In this document: piece after piece, positions 16,445 through 24,036 of the stretch | How positions within the stretch are numbered: position 1 is the stretch's first letter | Layout: each line of letters starts with the position of its first letter | From: Nitrospinaceae bacterium | GTDB lineage: Bacteria; Nitrospinota; Nitrospinia; Nitrospinales; VA-1 | Direction: 5' to 3' | Assembly: GCA_046754465.1 (NCBI GenBank) | Contig: JBHHVU010000047.1 | Coordinates: 1 to 24,462 of the forward strand | Length of the DNA: 24,462 nt | The notes under the pieces: model-generated | The model's database searches: none | What the model saw: the letters and a program-made list of their open reading frames with translations, nothing else | Told to the model about the DNA's origin: nothing | Made by a program: the position numbers and the translations under genes

Positions 16445-17545
16445 ATGCTAACAAAAGACAAAATTATTTATTGGTCGGAGGAAACCATCAGGAAATACAT
16501 TAAATTTTTCCTTTGGGCCACCATTTCGGGATTTTTATTATTTCCGGACTTTCTCCCAGGTTCGTTGGCATTCTCAGAGAATTTAATTGTCAAAAACGAG
16601 GCTTCCCGGTCTCAAGAAATAATCGTAGGAGGAAGTTTATTCCGAAATCTTGCTAAGAAATCCAGTCCAAGTGTGGTGAATATTCAGTCTTTGAAGAAGA
16701 TTCCTCATTACTATGGTGATTTTCACTTTGGCATGCAGGGAATACCCCGACAGCCTAGTCTTAATGAATTTGAAACCCAAGGAGGCGGGTCCGGATTTAT
16801 TATTTCCAACGATGGATATATTCTCACCACCAATCACGTTGTGGCCGGGTCGGATCAAGTGCAGGTTTCCCTGTTCAACGGGAAAACGTACATAGGAAAG
16901 ATGGTGGGTTTTGACGAATTAATGGACATCGCCCTGATCAAGGTTACGGTGCCTTCTGATTTGCCCTCGATTCCCATGGGCAGTTCCAAACAGCTGGAGC
17001 CGGGGGATTGGGTATTGGCCATCGGCAATCCCTTCGGTTTGGAATTGACGGTTACCGCGGGAATCGTGAGCGCCAAGGGGCGGTCCCTGGGAAAAAGTCC
17101 TTATGATGATTTCATTCAAATCGATGCCCCTATCAATCCGGGAAATAGCGGGGGTCCACTCATCAATACGCAGGGGGAAGTGGTTGGGATCAACAGCGCT
17201 ATTTTTTCGCAGGGTCAGGGTCTGGGATTTTCCTCCCCCATCGATTTGGTAAAAAAAATACTTCCTCAACTTAAAGAAAAAGGACGCGTGGTCCGCAGTT
17301 GGTTGGGATTGGTGGTACGGGATATAACCCTTGACGAAAAGATGGAATTAGATCACGTGGTAAATCGGGGGTCTCTTGTAATGAATGTTTTTTCGAACAG
17401 TCCCGCTGAAAAAGCTGGAATTCTTCCCTATGACATTATCGTGGAATTTGATGGAAAACAGGTCAAAAGTTCACATGAATTCCCCCGGATGATCGCCCAT
17501 TCCCTGGCAGGCAAGAAGATCCCCGTAACCCTCCTTGGAACATGA
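16445..17545 (+). CDS. HtrA/DegP-family serine protease with one, apparently clipped, PDZ domain
   Basis: PSVVNI, GSGFII..DGYILTTNHVV (His), DIALIK (Asp), IQIDAPINPGNSGGPL (Ser), WLG, SPAEKAG..YDII. Start ATG 16445 or GTG 16379. Confidence 0.92.
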   Translation: MLTKDKIIYWSEETIRKYIKFFLWATISGFLLFPDFLPGSLAFSENLIVKNEASRSQEIIVGGSLFRNLAKKSSPSVVNIQSLKKIPHYYGDFHFGMQGIPRQPSLNEFETQGGGSGFIISNDGYILTTNHVVAGSDQVQVSLFNGKTYIGKMVGFDELMDIALIKVTVPSDLPSIPMGSSKQLEPGDWVLAIGNPFGLELTVTAGIVSAKGRSLGKSPYDDFIQIDAPINPGNSGGPLINTQGEVVGINSAIFSQGQGLGFSSPIDLVKKILPQLKEKGRVVRSWLGLVVRDITLDEKMELDHVVNRGSLVMNVFSNSPAEKAGILPYDIIVEFDGKQVKSSHEFPRMIAHSLAGKKIPVTLLGT

Positions 17546-17640
17546 TGAATATTATCTGATTAATCCTTTCGAGTTTACTCGATAAAAACAGGGACCAAGA
17601 AAAGCATGACCCATGTTGAATAAACGCTATTTCATTGAAG

Positions 17641-17669
17641 GAGGGAAGTTTAAATGCTTCCCTCTTTTT
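17641..17669 (+). terminator. Intrinsic terminator between convergent genes
   Basis: gagggaag-tttaaatg-cttccctc stem followed by ttttt. Confidence 0.75.
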
Positions 17670-17739
17670 CGTTGGGGGGTATGTAACAACCCGGGGTGAC
17701 ATGGCAGGGGCGGATTGTCATCCCATGGAAGCCTTCCGA

Positions 17740-18096
17740 TTAAACCTCATCCTTGTAGACGATGAAGGCATTGGCGGGGTAGACGAGATGAGACTCGCCC
17801 CATTGGGTGGTCGCGTGGGGGTTCCATTCCGATTCGTCCTCGAGGGGTTTCATGCGGATTCCTCCGGACCCGCCATGGATGAGAAGAGCCACGCCGTCGC
17901 CCGATTCCTCGATCTTGCAGGCGAACGCCGGGCAGGGGGCATTGGTTTCGGCATCCCAGCCGGTGACCTGCACCGGTTGTTCCCCGGTCCTTGCATTGTA
18001 TTTGATGCAGAACACTTCCCTGGGTGGGGAAACCTCCCGGTAAATCATGTTGAAACTGGTCCCGGTGTTGGGATTGGGTTCCACCTCCACAAACAT
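17740..18096 (-). CDS. Hypothetical acidic cytoplasmic protein (118 aa)
   Basis: SD GAGGTG before the ATG, GC3-biased codons like the core genes, and its own candidate promoter; no family recognised. Confidence 0.8.
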   Translation of the reverse strand: MFVEVEPNPNTGTSFNMIYREVSPPREVFCIKYNARTGEQPVQVTGWDAETNAPCPAFACKIEESGDGVALLIHGGSGGIRMKPLEDESEWNPHATTQWGESHLVYPANAFIVYKDEV

Positions 18097-18136
18097 AACG
18101 CCACCTCGACGAAGGAATTTAGTACCAGTTCAATTT

Positions 18137-18145
18137 ATCATAACA
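18137..18145 (-). promoter_or_regulatory. Extended -10 candidate for the 118-aa gene
   Basis: TGTTATGAT on the minus strand about 40 nt upstream of the ATG. Confidence 0.45.
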
Positions 18146-18238
18146 CGGGGAATCCGGATCCTGAAGACCGGGTTTTCCCCGAAGCCTGGCGCGGGGGCCG
18201 GTGGGCTCTTGCACCGCCCGCGGGGTTGGGAAGGGAGT

Positions 18239-18829
18239 TTATCGTTTCCTGAAATAGATGTGGAACAGTTGGGCCGATTTTTTCACGGCGTTGGCGATCC
18301 GCAGGGCGTAGGTGCGGGAAATGATGGACAGGCCGGTGGACCGGTATTTTTTCGCCAGGGTCAGTTTCAGGGTTCGGTCCTTCCCGGAAAAGGAATCCAT
18401 GTAACCCGCACGCAGAAGGGGCATTAAAAAATTCATGGTGGGCTGCTGGGCTTCCATGAGCACCGTCCCGGTCACGGTGCCCCCGTTATCGAGGGCCACC
18501 GCCACCACCAAGGTCCCTTGACGGGTATGTTCCGGGAATAGAATGAGGGTCCGTTGGATTTTCTTCCCGGCGTTTTTGGCGTGGTAGATCACGAATTCCG
18601 TGGCATCGGTATCCCAGTTCTTGTATTTCTCCAACCGCTTGAGGTGTTTTGAATTCAGGACGATATCCCGGCGGCTCAGGTTTTTCGCGCCGGGGAGCAG
18701 CTGCGTCACGGTCTCCTTCAGGGTCTTGAATTTGACCATGGGCTCGGGAATGGCCGAGGGGCGCCCCTCCCGCGGGAAAAGCAGAAGGGATAAAACCAGC
18801 CAGGCCAGGAACACCTCATTCTTTTTCAT
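18239..18829 (-). CDS. Exported protein, FMN-binding-domain-like, paralog of 21422-21997
   Basis: Signal-peptide-like N-terminus; aligns by eye over its full length with the 191-aa ORF (LLP, NW, E..R.G..VVAV.LD..G.V, PLL...YM..F.GK, YAL.IANAVK..AQLF). Confidence 0.75.
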   Translation of the reverse strand: MKKNEVFLAWLVLSLLLFPREGRPSAIPEPMVKFKTLKETVTQLLPGAKNLSRRDIVLNSKHLKRLEKYKNWDTDATEFVIYHAKNAGKKIQRTLILFPEHTRQGTLVVAVALDNGGTVTGTVLMEAQQPTMNFLMPLLRAGYMDSFSGKDRTLKLTLAKKYRSTGLSIISRTYALRIANAVKKSAQLFHIYFRKR

Positions 18830-18853
18830 TACACGGCCCCCCCGTCTTTCCCC

Positions 18854-21388
18854 TCATGGATCGTTGTTAGCAAGTTGGCGTTTGATTTCATTGTACAGAT
18901 TTTTTAAATGATTGCTTTGCGGCGCCAGTTTTCTGGCCTCAAGAATATGGCGGACCATCTCCCGGGTGTCCTCCTTAGATTTCGCTTCTATCGCTTGCAA
19001 AAGTTCCAATCCCGCCTGGCTGTAATCGTTGATTCCGGGATCATTCTCCCGAAATATGGAATGTGCCCGGCCGGACCCCTTCCCCAAGCGCACCAGGTAT
19101 TGAAACATGCGCGCCCCGGTCAGGGTGTCGCGGTTGGCAATATGAATGGGGGCGGAAAACTCGATCGAAAGATTCCGGCCGGTATTGATGGCAGTCTGTT
19201 TTAAGGTTTCATCACCCTCCAGGCTCCCCTTATATAAAAGCATCAAATTCGAAATTTCGAACATGGTGGATGCGTCGTCGGGATGAAGCTCGCGAAACGC
19301 CGCCAGCCGCCGCGACAGGGATTCCAACGACAGGGTGTTCGGGGACTGGAAACCCACGAACGCCACGAGGGGCCGTTTCAGGGAAAAGTCCCCAAGCCAG
19401 ACGGAGTTGACGGGAAAAACCGAACGGAAGGTCGCCGCGATGATTTGAAAATCCTGTGGGGAAAGTTCATAGGCGGGGAGCCATTGGCAGAAAACACCCC
19501 CCGGCTTCAGTTTGCGTTTTATGTTGGCGAAATGGTTCCTGGAATAAAGGTATCCCGTTCCAGAGTGGTTGGGAACGAACAGGTCGGCCACCACCACGTC
19601 GAACCGGAGGCCGGTCCCCATCATGAAATTTCTTCCGTCTTCCACATGCACCCGAACGTTGGATTGGCCGAGGAGGTGGTGGTTGAATTTCTCGAATAAT
19701 TTCGCGGCCTCGGCCACCTCCGGAACGATTTCCGCGATGTGAATTTCTTTCAGGGAAAAGGGGACCGCGGCACCCGCCGTGATCCCCGTGGCCAGGCCGA
19801 TGAATGCAGCGGATTCCGGGCCGTTATGAAGCAGCAGAGGAAGCTGGCCCTGCATTTCTTCAATCAGGATGGGGTTGATGCCTCCCAGGGTGTAGTGGTT
19901 GTTGACCTTCAAAATCCGGCTGCCGACCTTGTCGATGACTGCCACCGTGGCCTGACTGCCCTCCTTGAGAAACGCCAGGTACTCGTTGGGATTCAATTTT
20001 TGAACGGGAAGTTTGGCCGGATGGGTCACCATGATGCAGAGAAGCAGCGCATAGACCGCAATTTTCATTTTTCTCCGGAATCCGGAATAATGCAAAAACC
20101 GGAGCCCCATATCCGCCAGAAGGAGATAAAAGACGGACACCAGCGCCACGGAGTTCCAGAGTCCCAACAAGGGGACGGCGAGAAACCCGGCGGCCAGGGA
20201 ACCGGTGATCGTTCCAAGGGTGTTGACCGCGTTCATCTCGCCAATCCGCGTGCCCACGCCAGGGGATTCAAATAGTTTCCAAAGCAGGGGCAGGATCATG
20301 CCGCCCACCACGGCGGGAAGAAGGATGATCCCCGTTACGAGGAGGAACGCGTTGGCGATATAACCTGTCCAGCCAGGATCGTAGGACAAAAAACTCAAAC
20401 CCGTCCATTGTACAAAAATAAACGGCGTGGTGTAACTGGCCGCTCCGGTCAAAATCAAAAGCAGGATCAAGAGATTCCTTTTATCCCAATTCACACGGTC
20501 CAACGCTGCGATCAAGAACGATCCCAGGCTCAGGGCGAAAAGAAAGACCACGACGATGGCCGTGAAAGTATAAACGGAATTTTGAAATACCAGGGAGAAC
20601 ATCCGGTTCCACAAAACTTCCAGGTTCAACAGGCCAAACCCGGAGAGGAACCCGGCGGCGATCACGTAAATCTTGAAACTCCGTGCCTCCGGGAAGGACA
20701 CTGGCCGTTCCCCGGTAGGGTGGGGAGCGGACCCGGCCACCGTCCCCGGGAGGGAGGCCGAAATCTTTTCAGGCCGGGAAAGAAAGAAAGCGATCAGGAA
20801 GTTCATGCCATTGACCGCGGCGGCGAGATAAAACGTGTGGCGAATCCCCACCAGGGGTGGAAGCAGCATTCCCGCGCCCACGGACCCCAAAACCCCTCCC
20901 AGTGTGTTTATACCGTAAAGGATTCCACCCGTGGAGGTGATGCGTTGCGGGCGGTCCACCAGGAAACTCGCGATCACCGGCAGGGTGCCGCCCATGAAAA
21001 AAGAGGGACCGGTGATCACCAAAAAACCGATGCCAATTTTTACCAGGGTGAAGACCTGGCTGGACTCGTGGAATCTTTGGTACAAGATGGGAAAAACGAA
21101 CTCGAACGCCTCCTGAAAGAAAAACAGGGGGAGAGCGGTGACGAAAATTCCCAGTTCAAGATACGCAAAAAAGCGTAGGGGATTCGCCGTCAGGCCGGAT
21201 TTTTTCCCGAAGAAATGACTGCCGAGAGAAAGCCCGAAAAAGAAAGCCGCCAGGACCACGGAGGCGGATTGGATCGTATTGCCAAACACCTGGCTGAACA
21301 CGCGTAGCCAGATGATTTCGTAAACAAGCCCGGAAAACCCCGAAAGAAAAATCAAACCGTAAAGAATGGATTTGACATAAAGGGTCAT
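18854..21388 (-). CDS. Multi-TM (MFS-like) protein fused to a spermidine-synthase-like SAM-binding domain
   Basis: FLSGFSGLVYEIIWLR, MGGTLP, LYGINTLG, second repeat EVLWNR..NTLG; C-terminal domain with IGLATGIT, EIVPEV, EDGRNF, FDVVVADLF.P and LKPGGVFCQWLP. Confidence 0.9.
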   Translation of the reverse strand: MTLYVKSILYGLIFLSGFSGLVYEIIWLRVFSQVFGNTIQSASVVLAAFFFGLSLGSHFFGKKSGLTANPLRFFAYLELGIFVTALPLFFFQEAFEFVFPILYQRFHESSQVFTLVKIGIGFLVITGPSFFMGGTLPVIASFLVDRPQRITSTGGILYGINTLGGVLGSVGAGMLLPPLVGIRHTFYLAAAVNGMNFLIAFFLSRPEKISASLPGTVAGSAPHPTGERPVSFPEARSFKIYVIAAGFLSGFGLLNLEVLWNRMFSLVFQNSVYTFTAIVVVFLFALSLGSFLIAALDRVNWDKRNLLILLLILTGAASYTTPFIFVQWTGLSFLSYDPGWTGYIANAFLLVTGIILLPAVVGGMILPLLWKLFESPGVGTRIGEMNAVNTLGTITGSLAAGFLAVPLLGLWNSVALVSVFYLLLADMGLRFLHYSGFRRKMKIAVYALLLCIMVTHPAKLPVQKLNPNEYLAFLKEGSQATVAVIDKVGSRILKVNNHYTLGGINPILIEEMQGQLPLLLHNGPESAAFIGLATGITAGAAVPFSLKEIHIAEIVPEVAEAAKLFEKFNHHLLGQSNVRVHVEDGRNFMMGTGLRFDVVVADLFVPNHSGTGYLYSRNHFANIKRKLKPGGVFCQWLPAYELSPQDFQIIAATFRSVFPVNSVWLGDFSLKRPLVAFVGFQSPNTLSLESLSRRLAAFRELHPDDASTMFEISNLMLLYKGSLEGDETLKQTAINTGRNLSIEFSAPIHIANRDTLTGARMFQYLVRLGKGSGRAHSIFRENDPGINDYSQAGLELLQAIEAKSKEDTREMVRHILEARKLAPQSNHLKNLYNEIKRQLANNDP

Positions 21389-21421
21389 GAAGGCTCATCA
21401 AAAAATTTTGAATGGGGCGGC

Positions 21422-21997
21422 TTACTTGAAAACCACATCGAAAAGCTGGGCGGCCCGTTTGACTGCGTTGGCGATGATCAGGGCGTAACTCTGGGTCATG
21501 CCGCTGGTTCGGGTTTTCCATTTGGTATCCAGTGCCAAAGCCATATTGCCTCCCTTGCCCCGGAACTCCCGCATGTAATTTTCCTGCAGCAGGGGTTCCA
21601 CCCAGGCCAGAGGTTCCACCTGGATATCCGTCAGGATGGCATCCACCACCTTTCCCGAAGGATCCAGGCTCACGGCCACCACCACGGGGCCATGACGGCT
21701 GTACTCGGTGATGAAAACCGCAGCCCGTTGCAACTGGTTGTCCGGAGCCCGGCTGACAAAGAATTTGTAATGGTTTTCATGGGATTCCCAATTCCCCTGG
21801 GATTTCAGCTTTTGCATTTGATCCGGTGTCAGCCGGACATCCTTCAGCGACAACTTTCCCTGGGGAAGCAGGCGGGCAATGGTATCCCGGGTCGAGGACA
21901 ACTTAACCACGGGCGTCACATGGGCCAGGGCCGAACCGGTACCGATCGATACAAAAATCCATCCCGCCATCCAAAGAGTCAACCATCGTTTTTTCAT
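21422..21997 (-). CDS. Exported protein, FMN-binding-domain-like, predicted mature N-terminal His
   Basis: Signal peptide ending in SALA followed by HVTPVV; VAVSLDPSGKV...F.GK pattern resembling FMN_bind proteins; SGMT in place of SGAT. Confidence 0.75.
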   Translation of the reverse strand: MKKRWLTLWMAGWIFVSIGTGSALAHVTPVVKLSSTRDTIARLLPQGKLSLKDVRLTPDQMQKLKSQGNWESHENHYKFFVSRAPDNQLQRAAVFITEYSRHGPVVVAVSLDPSGKVVDAILTDIQVEPLAWVEPLLQENYMREFRGKGGNMALALDTKWKTRTSGMTQSYALIIANAVKRAAQLFDVVFK

Positions 21998-22022
21998 GAC
22001 AAAATTTCCTTAATTAAATTTG

Positions 22023-22580
22023 TTATGCTTTTATTTTCGAAAACCACATTTCGTACATGGAAACAAAAAATACGATCAAAAAGCTGACTGCCGTCAACGC
22101 ACCGGAAAAAATAATCAGATAGGCAAATCCATCCGCCAGGAACTTGACCAGGAACATTCCCACGAAGTCCAGGGTGCCGCCGAGAAAGGGCATGGGAATC
22201 AGGATCAACTTCCATCGTTCCGGCAATTGAGTCCAAAGAAAGAGGATACCTATCAGCAAACTCAGCACTCCGTGGCTGAACAGGTGGACGTGCGCGTCCT
22301 GCAGCAGAAGTTTCAAGCTCACCCTATGGGGCATCTCCCGAACCTGGTCGAGAGTGATTTCTCTTTCCCCAAACTCGTTAGTATGGGCCGATAAAGAGGG
22401 TGCCACCACTTCCACGTCATCCTTCTCGGAGTAGGTCTCCACGAGGGATTCATAGGAAATGACCACGTATTTTTGCGTGTACACTCCAGCGGCAATATTT
22501 CCCAGGCTCAGTGTCAGTAAAAAACAAGTGATCAGCACCTTGACGGTCAGCGGTAAAAGCCGCAAGGGGGTGAATTTCAT
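22023..22580 (-). CDS. Four-TM inner-membrane protein with an HxH motif
   Basis: TM1, an acidic loop, DAHVHLFSHG, three further hydrophobic helices and YEMW near the end; strong SD GGAGG. Confidence 0.8.
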   Translation of the reverse strand: MKFTPLRLLPLTVKVLITCFLLTLSLGNIAAGVYTQKYVVISYESLVETYSEKDDVEVVAPSLSAHTNEFGEREITLDQVREMPHRVSLKLLLQDAHVHLFSHGVLSLLIGILFLWTQLPERWKLILIPMPFLGGTLDFVGMFLVKFLADGFAYLIIFSGALTAVSFLIVFFVSMYEMWFSKIKA

Positions 22581-22605
22581 GAATCCTCCCTTGGGTCGAT
22601 AGAGA

Positions 22606-23904
22606 TCAAAAACTGGCCACCAATTCGGCGATGAACATATTTCGCGTTGACAGTTTGGTGTTTCGGATATCCCGGAACAAACGGTTGTTGGCGGATTCGT
22701 TAACCCAGTCGTAGCGGTATTCCAACCGCAGGTCGATGCCCGACAACAGGTGCTGGGTTCGCGGGATGACGCCGAATCCCATGAATCCGAGGAACTGTGG
22801 GGAAATATGAAACACCGGGGCCACGCTGATTTGATTCCAGGTCCGTTGCTGGGCTTCGCCGGGTTCGGCCGGGTTGTTCCCTATGTCGGGGTGCCCGTCC
22901 TCGTCCGCGACAAAACTGTAGCGCAATGTGGTTCCGAACCACCGGAAGAAATCGTGATGAATGGTGGCCTGGCCGCTGTAAAATTTTGCGTCCGTTCCCG
23001 GATGCAAAAGCGACTGATTTTCATCGTGCCCGTAGGCGAACTCAAATCCGAAAATCCAGTTTCTCCAGGGCGTCAGGGTGCCGGCGATATCGAGGACGTT
23101 GCGGTTATCCTTTTCGTTATCGTCCTGTTCCGCCCCGCGCAGAAAGGATAGCTTCAGGTCGGCCCACCGGGTGGGCGCGAACCCGACCTGGAAAAAGATG
23201 CTTTTGGCCTTGTTGTTATCGGTATCGCCCGCGTTGGCGTTCCAGCCGTTGAACACCGCGGCGCGGACGTCGAGGTTTTCGAGGATGGGATAGACCGCCA
23301 TCAATCCCACCATCTTGGACGGCGAGGCGAACTGAAAGGTCAGGGAATGCGTGGCCTGCAAGAGAAGCGGCGCGTCTTCCTGCTCGAAACTGACCGGTGA
23401 ATTGAACTTGCCCAGGGTGAAATCGACGCCGTTGCCCACCGGGGCCACCAAGTGAATTTCCCCCGTGTCCAGTTCCGTTTGTGTCTTAGTGACCGTCGTG
23501 CCGCCTTCGAGTTCGTTGTGCAGTCCCACCTCCATCGCCGCCGCCACCCAGGCGTAATCGGAGTACCGCTTGGTGAAACCGATTTCCATGACGTTGAATC
23601 CGAAGTTGGTGGTATCCGCCACATCCTGGCCAAAGTGCAGTTCGTTTCCCTGACCATGGTGTTCCACTCCGGTATCGTTATATTTGTACGAGGTGACAAT
23701 ATAGCCCGTGATGATCGTTTGATGCGCCCGGTCGTCGTAACTTTTGCCCGGCAGGCGCATGGGATTCAGGCTTTGCAGGTTGATGGATTTGTTATCCAAA
23801 TCCTCGATGGAAATTTCTTTTTCCCCGTTTCCCGCCATGGCTCCACCCGGGAAAACCCAGGCGATAATAAGCCAAATAAAGGGAATGACAGCTTTGATTC
23901 GCAT
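22606..23904 (-). CDS. Outer-membrane beta-barrel protein (BBP2/DUF1597 porin-like)
   Basis: Signal peptide (..GAMA), DFTLGKFNSPVSFE..DAP, FNGWN...DNNKAKS, LRLEYRYDW, amphipathic strands and a C-terminal Phe; SD GGGAGG. Confidence 0.85.
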   Translation of the reverse strand: MRIKAVIPFIWLIIAWVFPGGAMAGNGEKEISIEDLDNKSINLQSLNPMRLPGKSYDDRAHQTIITGYIVTSYKYNDTGVEHHGQGNELHFGQDVADTTNFGFNVMEIGFTKRYSDYAWVAAAMEVGLHNELEGGTTVTKTQTELDTGEIHLVAPVGNGVDFTLGKFNSPVSFEQEDAPLLLQATHSLTFQFASPSKMVGLMAVYPILENLDVRAAVFNGWNANAGDTDNNKAKSIFFQVGFAPTRWADLKLSFLRGAEQDDNEKDNRNVLDIAGTLTPWRNWIFGFEFAYGHDENQSLLHPGTDAKFYSGQATIHHDFFRWFGTTLRYSFVADEDGHPDIGNNPAEPGEAQQRTWNQISVAPVFHISPQFLGFMGFGVIPRTQHLLSGIDLRLEYRYDWVNESANNRLFRDIRNTKLSTRNMFIAELVASF

Positions 23905-24036
23905 CTATATCCTCCCAGTCAATTGCAGCAATTCGATGGATTGGATGATTCCAGGAATCCGCCCCGGAAAAGGGAGGGATCTCCCCTCGGCTCAAACAGC
24001 CAAGGCAGGAATCGTCAAAAACTGAATGGATTGCCG

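Noticed and set aside
17635..18252. 205-aa plus-strand ORF
   Set aside because: Antisense to the better-supported 118-aa gene, and it starts inside a terminator.
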